Positions 19,147 to 27,981 of a stretch of 64,000 nucleotides of DNA are shown in pieces (position 1 is the first letter of the stretch; every line of letters begins with the position of its first letter). The notes beneath the pieces are model-generated. The model was given only the letters and a program-made list of their open reading frames with translations. It ran no database searches and had not been told where the DNA came from. The translations under genes and the position numbers were made by a program. The stretch comes from an uncultured Acidobacteriota bacterium (GTDB lineage Bacteria > Acidobacteriota > Thermoanaerobaculia > UBA5066 > Gp7-AA6), in the NCBI GenBank assembly GCA_963782585.1, contig CAWAKL010000012.1, positions 321,537-385,536 of the forward strand, given 5' to 3'.

Positions 19147-21192
19147 CTAGACCCCGAAGGTCTCGGGGTTCCAGGTCAGGCCGAGCTCGGAGGGAGGCGC
19201 CATGTATCCCGCGACCGCCGAGGCCGCAACGACCGAGGGGCTCGCGAGGTAGCCCTCGCCTCCGACGCCCATGCGGTTCTGCCAGTTCCGGTTGAACGAC
19301 GTGATCGCCCGCTGACCCGGTGTCAGCGCATCGGGGCCCTGGCCAAAGCACGGACCGCACCAGGATTGCCGGATCTCGCCGCCGACCGATCGGAAGACCG
19401 CGGCGATCGACTCGCCCGACAGGCGCGGATCGGATTCTTCGATCCGGCGCCCGACGCCGCCCGAGCCGGGGAAGATCGCGAAGGGACGCGAGACCTTGCG
19501 GAACCCGGCCTCGCGCGCCGCGCGGAGGACGAGCGCTGCCGAGAGCAGGTCGTCGTAGCTGCCGTTCGTGCACGAGCCGATCATCGCCTTGTCGAACGTG
19601 ATCCGTTCGCGCGCGACCTCGTCGGCGGGGAAGGCGTTGCCGGGCGAGAAAGGCTTGGCGATCATCGGCTGGACGTCGGGCAGCGCGAGGTCCTCGTCGA
19701 TCTCGTAGCGGGCGTCGCTTCCCGGCGCGACACGCGGGTACGGGAGGTCCAGGATGCCCTTCTCGCGGTACCAGGCCTCGGTGATCTCGTCCTGCGCAAA
19801 GATGCCGTTGAGGGCCTCGGCCTCCGCCATCATGTTGGCGATGGTGTTGCGGTACGCGATCGGCAGCTGCCGGTCCGCGTCGACGAACTCGACCGACATC
19901 CCCTGCGACTGCTTCGCTCCCCAGCGCCGCAGGAGCTCGAGGACGATGTCCTTGCCGGAGACCCACGGGCGGAGCTTGCCGCGAAAGACGACACGCCGCT
20001 GCCGGGCGAGCGTGAAGTAGATGTAGCCGGTCGACCAGCCGAAGCCGAGCGTCGTCGAGCCCACGCCGAACCCGACGGCGCCGTACGCTCCGTAGGCCCG
20101 GCTGTGGGAATCGGCCCCGGGGATGAACTGGCCCGGCAGGACGAGGCCCTGCTCCGGGAAGTAGAAGTGGAAGATCCCGTCGCCCGGCGTCGCGTAGTAC
20201 GGCTTCTCGAGGCCGTGCAGCCGCGCGAACTCGCGGCCGATCGCGGTCTGGCGCGCGTCGTCCTCCCGCCCGGTGAAGACGAAGTGGTCGTTCGCGATGG
20301 CGGCCTGGCGGGGATCGATCGCGTGGCCGCCGGTGATCTGGTTGAACGTGTGGATCGCGAAGGGCGCCGTGCCGTCGGAGGCCGGAAGCAGGTCCGCGTA
20401 GACACGGAGCGTCGCGCCGGGCGCCACGGCGGCGTCCTTGTCGACACGGTGCGCCCACACGATCTGCTCGGTCGTCGTCAGTCCGCGCGCCGTCTCGGAG
20501 TCGGGGAAACGGACCTCGGGGCGCGCGCGGACGGAATCGCGGAACTCGCGCCTTCCGACGGCGAAGATCCCGCCGGACACCCGGATCTCCTCCTCCTTCG
20601 GCGAGAGCGGCACGGGCGCGTAGGACTTGCCCTGCGTCTCGTTGGTCAGCCGCCGCGTGACGGGATCGAAGGCGAACGCGTCGCCGTCTTTCGCGTCCTC
20701 CACCGCCTCGGGTGACTGGACGACGTGCAGCCCGAGGTTGAAGGAGTTGCGCCGGAAGATGTCTCCCATGTTGTGGCTGCACACGACGACGAGCTCGAGG
20801 CCCTTCTCCTCGGCGACGCCCTTCAATCCCGCGGGGCTCATCTCGCGCGACGAGCCGATTGCGAACCGCTCGCCGGCGATCAGAAACGTCTCGCCCGCAT
20901 GGACCCTCTGTCGGAAATCCGGCATCAGGTGGCGGAACGAGCCGGCCTTCCAGCGTTCGTCGAGCGTGTCGAGACTCTCGGAGACGCAGTCGGCGGCGGG
21001 AGTGATCTGGTCGGTGTCGATCGCGTCGCGTTTCTTGCCCGGCCGGGCGGCGTCCCAGAAGATGAGGGCGCGGCCGCGCACAGTCCGCGGCGCGCCGCCG
21101 GTCGCGGGTGTGTCCGAGGGTCGAGGTCCGGGGAGGTCTTCCGGCCGAACGCCCGGCTTCCGTCGCGCCGGCTCGAGGGTGTTTCGTTTCAC
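19147..21192 (-). CDS. Aconitase-superfamily dehydratase with N-terminal LeuD-like swivel domain fused to LeuC-like catalytic domains
   Basis: 681-aa ORF. N-terminal ...TFLIAGERFAIGSSREMSP... resembles LeuD GENFGCGSSREHA. The following region carries GADSHS, IGSCTNGSYDD and SWCGPCFGQG (Fe-S ligand contexts of LeuC/aconitase). Confidence 0.8.
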   Translation of the reverse strand: MKRNTLEPARRKPGVRPEDLPGPRPSDTPATGGAPRTVRGRALIFWDAARPGKKRDAIDTDQITPAADCVSESLDTLDERWKAGSFRHLMPDFRQRVHAGETFLIAGERFAIGSSREMSPAGLKGVAEEKGLELVVVCSHNMGDIFRRNSFNLGLHVVQSPEAVEDAKDGDAFAFDPVTRRLTNETQGKSYAPVPLSPKEEEIRVSGGIFAVGRREFRDSVRARPEVRFPDSETARGLTTTEQIVWAHRVDKDAAVAPGATLRVYADLLPASDGTAPFAIHTFNQITGGHAIDPRQAAIANDHFVFTGREDDARQTAIGREFARLHGLEKPYYATPGDGIFHFYFPEQGLVLPGQFIPGADSHSRAYGAYGAVGFGVGSTTLGFGWSTGYIYFTLARQRRVVFRGKLRPWVSGKDIVLELLRRWGAKQSQGMSVEFVDADRQLPIAYRNTIANMMAEAEALNGIFAQDEITEAWYREKGILDLPYPRVAPGSDARYEIDEDLALPDVQPMIAKPFSPGNAFPADEVARERITFDKAMIGSCTNGSYDDLLSAALVLRAAREAGFRKVSRPFAIFPGSGGVGRRIEESDPRLSGESIAAVFRSVGGEIRQSWCGPCFGQGPDALTPGQRAITSFNRNWQNRMGVGGEGYLASPSVVAASAVAGYMAPPSELGLTWNPETFGV

Positions 21193-21245
21193 CGGGCGGT
21201 AATCCTACCGTGCCCGGGTGCGGCGGACGGGAGGCGGATTCCGGC

Positions 21246-23006
21246 CTACTTGGCCGGAGCGAGCTCGGACTGGCGCACGCGTTCTTCCCAGGTCAGCTCA
21301 CGCGCCTGCTGGAAGAGACGCGCGGCGCGGCTGAAGGCGAGCTGGGCCGCCTGGTAGTCGCGTTCGCGCAGCAGCCGCTCGCCTTCCTCTTCGCTCGAGC
21401 GTCCCGCGCCGAAGATGTCGCCCGCGGTCTCCTGCGCGTTGAGACGATCGGCTTCGATGCGGGCGAGCGCCGCGCGCAGGCGCAGGTCCTCGGCCGGCTG
21501 GCGAAGCTCCTTGCGGACTTTCGGAGCCGTTCGGACGCTCGCCGCGCGGGCCGCGGCCGGAGCGGGAGCGGGAGCGACGGGCCGCGCCGGCCGAGCGACG
21601 GCGCTCTGCAGCGTCGGGGGGGCCTGCGGCTCGATGGGCTCGACGGCGTCCGGAGTGCGGGCCGTCGTCGCCGCCGCTTCGACCGCGAGCCGTCCGGAGG
21701 CGATCGCGAGCTTCTCGGACGCTGCGGCGCCCCGGATCGAGTGGATCTGACTCACGACGAGGAATGCGCCAACGGCGAGCGTCGCCGCCGCCGCGAGCGT
21801 CGCGGCCGGTCGGGCCCACGCGCGGGCGAGGGGCGGCAAGGACGGTTGCGAATGGTTCCGCGCCTCCGAGAAGCGGTCTCCGTACTCGTCGATTCTTGCC
21901 TCGGGAGCATCGGAGGCGCCCGACGGGGCCGCCATCGCGACCGTCACGGCGGCGGGGGTGTCGGGAAATACATCGTCCGAGTCAGCCGCCGAATCCCCCC
22001 GGCGCCGCCTGGGCGAGCCCGGCAGGGGCGGGGGAGAGGCCGCCGCCTCGTCGGCGGGCGCCGGCAGCGCGCCGTGGACCACGACGGGGTTCGTCGAATC
22101 CAGATCCGACGCCGGAGCCGTGTTCTGGCTCTCGGGATTGAGCAGCTTGTAGAGAAAGAGCGCGAGGTTGGCGGTGTAGAGCGAGAACGGATTGGCCGTG
22201 ACCATCTGCTGGAGCGCCCGGTGCGCATCGACCGCGGACGCGAAACGCGTTTCCGCCGAAGCGAGGCACTTCCGAAGGAAGGTCTCGAGATCCTCGGAGC
22301 GGGGATCCCCCGCCCGGAGCTCGCAGCTCGGGGTGTCGAGCGAGGGCCGGCGACCCGTCAGAAGCTCCAGCAGGATGGCGCCGAGCGAGTACACGTCGGA
22401 GTTCTCTCCGGCGATTCCCACGGCCCGAACCTCGGGAGCGACGTAGGGCCCGATCTCCGCGAGCAGCTTCGGCGAATGCAGCGACGGCAGGACGGCGTCG
22501 GCCATGCCGAAGCCGCCCACGCGGACCGCCGCGTCGTGGGAGATGGAGACGAAGCCGGGCCAGAGAAGTCCATGCGCCGTCGGCCGGCCGTCGGGCGACG
22601 CGCGAAACGCGTGCTCGAGGCCCGCCGCGATCCGCTCCGTCACGAGAAGGGCGTACTCCGCCGGAATGCGGATGCCGAGCGTGCGCACACGCGCAAGCAT
22701 CGAGTCGAGCGTCCAGCCGGCGGTCTCGTCCCAGGTCAGGTACGGGACGCCGTCCACCGTGTCGAACTGCGGGCGCGAAACGATCGCGTCGTGCACGAGC
22801 GGCTCGACGCCGGAGTGATCCTGGATGGCCCGCTCGATGGCGTCGGCGGACAGCTCGTCCGCCTGGAGAATGCGCAGGCGCACGAACCGACGCTCGTCCG
22901 CGACGCAGAGTGCCCGGTAAACGATGCCCAGCGAATCCTCGGAAAGCTGGGCGACCAGGAGGTATTCGCCAAAGTGCCGGGAAAGAAACGGGGGCGGAGA
23001 AGTCAT
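21246..23006 (-). CDS. Membrane-anchored Hanks-type pseudokinase with Pro/Ala-rich linker and C-terminal helical domain
   Basis: 586-aa ORF. The kinase fold is recognisable (YVAPEV, DVYSLGAILLELLTG), but catalytic positions are substituted. The VAIK Lys is replaced by Arg in FVRLRIL. HRD appears as AHGLLWPGF. DFG appears as GGFGMA. One TM segment (ATLAAAATLAVGAFLVVSQI). Confidence 0.75.
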   Translation of the reverse strand: MTSPPPFLSRHFGEYLLVAQLSEDSLGIVYRALCVADERRFVRLRILQADELSADAIERAIQDHSGVEPLVHDAIVSRPQFDTVDGVPYLTWDETAGWTLDSMLARVRTLGIRIPAEYALLVTERIAAGLEHAFRASPDGRPTAHGLLWPGFVSISHDAAVRVGGFGMADAVLPSLHSPKLLAEIGPYVAPEVRAVGIAGENSDVYSLGAILLELLTGRRPSLDTPSCELRAGDPRSEDLETFLRKCLASAETRFASAVDAHRALQQMVTANPFSLYTANLALFLYKLLNPESQNTAPASDLDSTNPVVVHGALPAPADEAAASPPPLPGSPRRRRGDSAADSDDVFPDTPAAVTVAMAAPSGASDAPEARIDEYGDRFSEARNHSQPSLPPLARAWARPAATLAAAATLAVGAFLVVSQIHSIRGAAASEKLAIASGRLAVEAAATTARTPDAVEPIEPQAPPTLQSAVARPARPVAPAPAPAAARAASVRTAPKVRKELRQPAEDLRLRAALARIEADRLNAQETAGDIFGAGRSSEEEGERLLRERDYQAAQLAFSRAARLFQQARELTWEERVRQSELAPAK

Positions 23007-23212
23007 CGCCTCACCCGTTCCGCAAAGCGGCTGACGAGGAAAAAGGAAGGCTCACGCCGGCAGTGATTCGCCATCGTTGTTTTGTGTTTCGCCTTGGTTT
23101 GAAAGAGTTTAGCAGCTTCCGTGCCGTCGCCCACCGAGGGGGGCGACGACGCTAACCGCTTGAAATCAAAGGCCGAGCGAACAGGCGCGGAGGCTGGCCG
23201 GATGGCCCGCTG

Positions 23213-23250
23213 ACAAAAAAAAGGCGGAAGCGCCGGTGGCGCCTCCGCCT
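23213..23250 (-). terminator. Rho-independent terminator downstream of the FKBP gene
   Basis: The - strand reads GGCGGAGGCGCC-cacc-GGCGCTTCCGCC followed by T10 (A-run 23213-23222 on the + strand). It lies 22 nt after the stop codon at 23272. Confidence 0.85.
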
Positions 23251-23271
23251 GTTTGTCCAGTTTGTTGCGGA

Positions 23272-23730
23272 CTACTTGACCGCGATGAGCTCGACCTCGA
23301 AGAGGAGCGTGGCGTTGGGGGGGATCGGCCCGCCAGGGGTCCCGCGGGACCCGTAGCCGAGTTGCGGCGGGATGAGGAGCGTCCGCTTGCCGCCGACTTT
23401 CATCGTCGAGACTCCCTCGTCCCAGCCCTTGATGACGCGGCCCTGGCCGATCGGAAACTCGAACGGCGTTCCGCGGTCGACCGAGCTGTCGAACTTCTTG
23501 CCCTTCGCTCCGTCGACCCAGAGCCAGCCCGTGTAGTCCATGACGCACGTCTGGCCCGTCTTGGGCGAGGGGCCCGTGCCCTCCTTCGTGTCCGTCCACT
23601 GAAGACCGCTCGGAGAGGAGTTCATTTTCGTCTCGCTTTTCTTTTCCTGCGCGGGTTCCTGGGCGATCGCCGGAGCCACGGCGAGGAGCGCCGCGAGCGC
23701 CGCCGGGAGGAGCCTGTGGATTCGCTTCAT
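23272..23730 (-). CDS. FKBP-type peptidyl-prolyl cis-trans isomerase, secreted
   Basis: 152-aa ORF with a signal peptide plus ...GTGPSPKTGQTCVMDYTGWL..G.KFDSSVDRGTPFEFPIGQGRVIKGWDEGV.TMKVGGKR.L.IPP.LGYG....GPIPPNATLLFEVEL. Confidence 0.92.
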   Translation of the reverse strand: MKRIHRLLPAALAALLAVAPAIAQEPAQEKKSETKMNSSPSGLQWTDTKEGTGPSPKTGQTCVMDYTGWLWVDGAKGKKFDSSVDRGTPFEFPIGQGRVIKGWDEGVSTMKVGGKRTLLIPPQLGYGSRGTPGGPIPPNATLLFEVELIAVK

Positions 23731-23827
23731 CTTTGTGCTTCCTGTCCTTTCTGGTCGATGCGACCGGGAGGCGGGAGTTTATCGCACGAGCCAACGCCTT
23801 CCGAAGACGTATGAGAGATTCCCCCGC

Positions 23828-24595
23828 GTGCGCACGGCACTGGAACGCGCCGGCTACTTCGCGATCGGCCTGATCTACGTGGCGATGGGGTTCGTGTCCG
23901 CGCGGATCGCCGTCCTCGGCGCTCGCGACCGGGACCACGGGGTGCTCGGCGCTCTGCGGTTCCTGCTCGACCGGCCGCACGGCGCCTGGGTGCTCGGCGC
24001 GGTCGTGGCCGGCCTCGCCTCGATCGCCTGCGCGCACCTGGTGCAGGCGGTCCGGGGACCGGGCGGGGCCGCGCACCGGATCGGTCTCTTCGTCAACGGG
24101 TTCAGCTACGCGGTGCTCGCCTGGACGGCGACCCGGCTGCTGCTCCACGTGCGCGTGGGTCCGACGGGCGGAAGCGCGTCGCTCGAACGCGAAGGAGTGT
24201 CGTGGCTCCTGTCCGAGTCCTGGGGTGCCGCGGCTCTCGAGCTCGCCGGGGCGGCGGTCGTCCTCGGCGGGCTGTGGGAGATCGGACAGGGTGTCGCCGG
24301 CAAGCTGCCGTTTCGCCGGAGCGCGCTGCCGCGGCGTCTTTCGAGGATGTTCGCCGGCGTCTCGCGTTTCGGCCTGGTCGCGAGGGGTGCGACGCTCGCG
24401 GCCCTCGGATACTTCCTGATCCGCGCCGCGGAGGAGCTCGATCCTTCGGCCGTGCGGACGGTCGGCGGTGTCCTGGACGCGTTCGCCCATACGCCGTTCG
24501 GCCCGGCGTTCATGGCCGTGGCCGCCGCCGGGCTCGCGGCCTACGGCATCTACATGATCGGGTCGGCCTGGCTGAGAGCTCCGCGCTCAGCGTAG
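23828..24595 (+). CDS. DUF1206-like integral membrane protein
   Basis: Track ORF 23735..24595. Repeated TM-pair architecture (RAGYFAIGLIYVAMGFVSA..., FGLVARGATLAALGYFLI..., AVAAAGLAAYGIYMI). Start set at the GTG at 23828. Confidence 0.6.
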   Translation: MRTALERAGYFAIGLIYVAMGFVSARIAVLGARDRDHGVLGALRFLLDRPHGAWVLGAVVAGLASIACAHLVQAVRGPGGAAHRIGLFVNGFSYAVLAWTATRLLLHVRVGPTGGSASLEREGVSWLLSESWGAAALELAGAAVVLGGLWEIGQGVAGKLPFRRSALPRRLSRMFAGVSRFGLVARGATLAALGYFLIRAAEELDPSAVRTVGGVLDAFAHTPFGPAFMAVAAAGLAAYGIYMIGSAWLRAPRSA

Positions 24596-26035
24596 TCCGA
24601 GCCACTGGCGAAGGGTGCGGCCGACCTTCTCGGCGGAGGGCGGGTCGAGGTTGGAGAGAACGACGATGGTGTACCCCGTGTCGAGGTCCATCTCGAGCGT
24701 CGCGTTCACGCCCAGCGTGCCGCCCGCGGCGCCCCGGCCGCCCGCGAGCTTTGGCGGAGGTCCGGGCGTTTGTGGTCCGGAGGGCGGAGCGGTGCGATCG
24801 GAGTAGAACCACACGGTCCAGGCCGGCGAGAGGAGCTTGCCGCTGCGCATCGCGAGGTCGAAGCGCAGAAGGTCCTCGGCCGTCGAGTATCCGCCGCCGG
24901 CGGAGCTGCCGCGGCCGGGCAGAGCGTAGATGTTGGTGCGCGGCTCGGAAAGCCGCTTCTCATTCTCGTCCTCGGAGGTGTAGCCCGTGGCGCGGTCGGG
25001 CACGACGGCGTCCTGGGGATAACTGTCCGAAGCCTTCATCCCGGCCGGGACGTAGATGTTCTCGCGGACATAGTCGTAGTAGCTCTGCCCCGACAGCTTT
25101 TCGATGATGAGCCCGAGGACGATGTAGCTCGCGTTCGAGTAGCGGCGGCTGGTTCCCGGCTCGTAGAGGAGGGGATCCGTCGCGAAGAGCCGGAAGTAGT
25201 CCTCGAGCGTTCGGATTCGCGCCTTGGGCGTCGCGTCGTACTTCTCACCGAAAAAATCCCCGAGGCCCGACGTCATCGAGACGAGCTGCTGAATCGTGAT
25301 GCGGTCCGCTGCCGCGAGAGGGTAATCGGGCAGATGCTTGCGGATCGTGTCCGAGAACGAGAGCTTGCCCTTCTCCGCGAGCTGCGCGATCGCCGTCTGG
25401 GTGAAGATTTTGTTGATCGAGCCCAGGTTGAATTTCGTGTCGGGCCGATTCGGCACGTTCAGGCTCCGGTCCGCGAGGCCGTAGGCCTTGTGGAAGAAGG
25501 GTTGTCCCTCTCTCGCCATCAGGACGACTCCGGAGAACTCGCCCGCGGCCGCGAGCTTCGCGAGGTGCGCGTCGGCCGCCGCGGCGACCTCCGCGTCGGA
25601 GCCCTTCCGGCCCTCCTGCGGCGCACCCGGATCCGGCGCCTCTTCGAAGCGCAGGCCGCGGATGCCGTAGGGCTCCGCGGCTTCGAGCCGGATCGCGATT
25701 TCGAGAGCGTCGCCTCCTTTTCGGGAACGGGCCAGGAAGACAACTTCCTCGGACGTTCTCCGGACCACGCTGTGGAATTCCAGCGGGCCCGTCTCTCCGG
25801 CCATGCCCAGGAGGCGCTCGGCGCGCTGGTCGGCCGGCATCTCGCTGAGGGCCCCGGCCGCGAAGTTGCCGGCGACGAACGCCTTCATCGCCTCGGGAGT
25901 TCCGGCCTCGAAGGCCTGGAGGAGCGCCCGGATCCTCCGCCCCGCGGGAGTGTCGGGAGGGCCGGGTGTGGCGGCGCCGAGCGGCGACGCCAGGCAGAGA
26001 AACAGCGCGAGGGCGGACGCGTAGCGAGGCTTCAT
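24587..26035 (-). CDS. Serine hydrolase of the beta-lactamase/PBP (class C-like) family, secreted
   Basis: 482-aa ORF with a signal peptide. SxxK motif (GSINKIFT) and YxN motif (YSNASY). Confidence 0.8.
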   Translation of the reverse strand: MKPRYASALALFLCLASPLGAATPGPPDTPAGRRIRALLQAFEAGTPEAMKAFVAGNFAAGALSEMPADQRAERLLGMAGETGPLEFHSVVRRTSEEVVFLARSRKGGDALEIAIRLEAAEPYGIRGLRFEEAPDPGAPQEGRKGSDAEVAAAADAHLAKLAAAGEFSGVVLMAREGQPFFHKAYGLADRSLNVPNRPDTKFNLGSINKIFTQTAIAQLAEKGKLSFSDTIRKHLPDYPLAAADRITIQQLVSMTSGLGDFFGEKYDATPKARIRTLEDYFRLFATDPLLYEPGTSRRYSNASYIVLGLIIEKLSGQSYYDYVRENIYVPAGMKASDSYPQDAVVPDRATGYTSEDENEKRLSEPRTNIYALPGRGSSAGGGYSTAEDLLRFDLAMRSGKLLSPAWTVWFYSDRTAPPSGPQTPGPPPKLAGGRGAAGGTLGVNATLEMDLDTGYTIVVLSNLDPPSAEKVGRTLRQWLGLR

Positions 26036-26079
26036 GCCCCTTTCTACGCCCCCGCCCTCGCGAGGTTACGCGGGATGCG

Positions 26080-27126
26080 CTACGCCTTCATCTTCGCCAG
26101 GATGTCCTCGATGCGCTTCTTCTGCGTGGCGTCGGAGGTCATCGAGAGGGCTTTCCGATAGTTCTCGATCGAGGCCTTGGTGTCGCCCTTCTGGGCGAGC
26201 GCCTCGCCGAGGCTGTCGTATGTGTTCCAGGAGTTGGGGTAGTCCTTGATGTTCTTGCGGAACACGGCGATCGCCTCGTCGTACTTCTTCTGCCCCAGCA
26301 GTGAGTAGCCGTACGCGTTCATGTCGGCTTCGGTCGCGATCTTCAGCGCCTGGGCGCGGAGCGCCTCGGCCTGACTGGTGTCGCCCTTCTTCTCGAGGAT
26401 CGCGGCCTTCGTGCGCAGGTTCCCGAAGGTCGTCTGCGTCTGGATCGACTGGTCGGCCCACTTCAGGCCCTGGTCGAGATCGACGTCGTTGGTGAGCGAG
26501 TACTGGGCCGCGTTGTTCCAGGCCTGCCAGCCGAAGCGCGGCAGTCCGCGCAGCTGCGCCTGCAGGCTCGCCATGACGACGGATTTAGTGTCCACGGTGA
26601 TCGGAAACGAAACCGCCAGCTTGTCCCACCCCATGACGACGTCGACGGAATTGTCCGTCGGATTCTCGAAGCGGAATTCGAGCCGTTCTTCGAACTCGGA
26701 AGGCTTCGGCGTCGCGGAGACGCGCACGACGTCTTCCTTCTCGTCGTAGCTGAAGCTGCCCCACGCCGTCGAAACGCTCGAGAGGATGACGGTCCAGTTG
26801 CTCTCCGTGGGCAGCATGTGGAGGCCGTACGTCCCGGCGGGGATCGTCTTGCCTCCGATCGAGACGGGCGACGAGAATTCGATCGTCGTGTTCAGGTTGG
26901 CGCCGGCGCGCCAGACCTGGCCATAGGGAACGAGATCTCCCCAGACCTTCCGTTTGGCGACGGCGGGCCGGTTGTACTTGATGGTGATGTCGGTCAGCCC
27001 CACCTGCTGGAAGACCGACGCCTCCGGGCTGGCCTGGGGGAGATCCAGCGGCGGCAGCTGGGCGACGGCCGCCCCCCCGGTGAGCAGGAGCCCCGCCAGG
27101 GCGAGCGAAAAGAAATACCTCTTCAT
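26080..27126 (-). CDS. Secreted DUF2911 domain protein with C-terminal TPR repeats
   Basis: 348-aa ORF. ...VWRAGANLNTTIEFSSPVSIGGKTIPAGTYGLHMLPTESNWTVILS...WGSFSYDEKEDVVRV... is typical of DUF2911. The C-terminus is TPR-like (YGYSLLGQKKYDEAIAVFRKNIKDYPNSWNTYDSLGEA). Confidence 0.75.
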   Translation of the reverse strand: MKRYFFSLALAGLLLTGGAAVAQLPPLDLPQASPEASVFQQVGLTDITIKYNRPAVAKRKVWGDLVPYGQVWRAGANLNTTIEFSSPVSIGGKTIPAGTYGLHMLPTESNWTVILSSVSTAWGSFSYDEKEDVVRVSATPKPSEFEERLEFRFENPTDNSVDVVMGWDKLAVSFPITVDTKSVVMASLQAQLRGLPRFGWQAWNNAAQYSLTNDVDLDQGLKWADQSIQTQTTFGNLRTKAAILEKKGDTSQAEALRAQALKIATEADMNAYGYSLLGQKKYDEAIAVFRKNIKDYPNSWNTYDSLGEALAQKGDTKASIENYRKALSMTSDATQKKRIEDILAKMKA

Positions 27127-27191
27127 ACGACCTCCTTCGAGTTCCTGGAGGTCTTTACGGCGGAGGAGCCGGGGAGTTTATCGGGAGATCT

Positions 27192-27890
27192 TCAGGCCGC
27201 GCTGGCGCCGGGGACCGAGTCCTGGGGGGTCTCGCCGTCCTGGGTGCGGCGGGCCGGGCCGTTCTTGAGCGCGCAGAAGAGAAGATCGGCTCTCCGGCGC
27301 ACGCCGTGCTTGTTGAGGAGATTCGATACGTGGAACTTCGCCGTCCGCTCGGACATGTGAAGGCGGCGGGCGATTTCCTTGTTCGAGAGGTTGTCGAGCA
27401 CGGCCTCGAGCACCTGCCGCTCCCGCCGGGTCAGACCCTCGAAGCCGGTCGCGTACACGCGCAGGGGAACCGTGCACAGTGCCGTGTCGACGAACCGCGA
27501 GAGCAGGGCGCGCCCGACCCAAAGGCCTCCCGTCGTCACGGTCTGCAGGGCGGTCATGAGCGACCGGGCCGTTTCGGAGTAAGTCAGCAGGCCCTTGATC
27601 CCGAGCCTCAGCAGGGAGAAGGCCGTCTGGTCGACGAACCTCTCCGAGAGCACGAGGATTCGGGCCGTGGGCTGGCGGGCGTGGATGCCGGTGACGACCG
27701 CTTCGGTCACAGGGAGTTGAGGATGGGCTTCGACCACGTAGGCCTGGGCCCGCGGCACCACCACGTTCTCAAAGTCCGGGATCCGGTTGGCCTCGAGGCG
27801 CCGGGCCACCAGGCGATGGCCGGCATCCGAAACGAGACGTTCAAACTCCGGCAGGACGAGCGGATGGAACCAATACAGACCAACAGGCAT
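27192..27890 (-). CDS. LuxR/NarL-family regulator with degenerate receiver domain
   Basis: The C-terminal HTH is LTRRERQVLEAVLDNLSNKEIARRLHMSERTAKFHVSNLLNKHGV. The N-terminal REC-like fold lacks the acidic pocket (GLYWFHPLV instead of ..DDHPLV). It has Glu where the phospho-Asp is expected (AYVVEAHPQLP). Start at the ATG at 27890 within track ORF 27192..28037. Confidence 0.75.
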   Translation of the reverse strand: MPVGLYWFHPLVLPEFERLVSDAGHRLVARRLEANRIPDFENVVVPRAQAYVVEAHPQLPVTEAVVTGIHARQPTARILVLSERFVDQTAFSLLRLGIKGLLTYSETARSLMTALQTVTTGGLWVGRALLSRFVDTALCTVPLRVYATGFEGLTRRERQVLEAVLDNLSNKEIARRLHMSERTAKFHVSNLLNKHGVRRRADLLFCALKNGPARRTQDGETPQDSVPGASAA

Positions 27891-27943
27891 CGAACGAGGA
27901 ACGGTCACTAATTTGGAGGGTAACGGATAGTCGTTGCCGAGGG

Positions 27944-27967
27944 CAACCCCCCAATTTTGGGGGGTTG
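27944..27967 (-). terminator. Perfect 9-bp GC hairpin 14 nt downstream of the ilvE stop (terminator-like, no U-run)
   Basis: CAACCCCCC-aatttt-GGGGGGTTG. A second, partly overlapping hairpin GTTGCC-gag-GGCAAC lies at 27933-27947. Confidence 0.4.
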
Positions 27968-27981
27968 TCCTCCTCTCAGGT

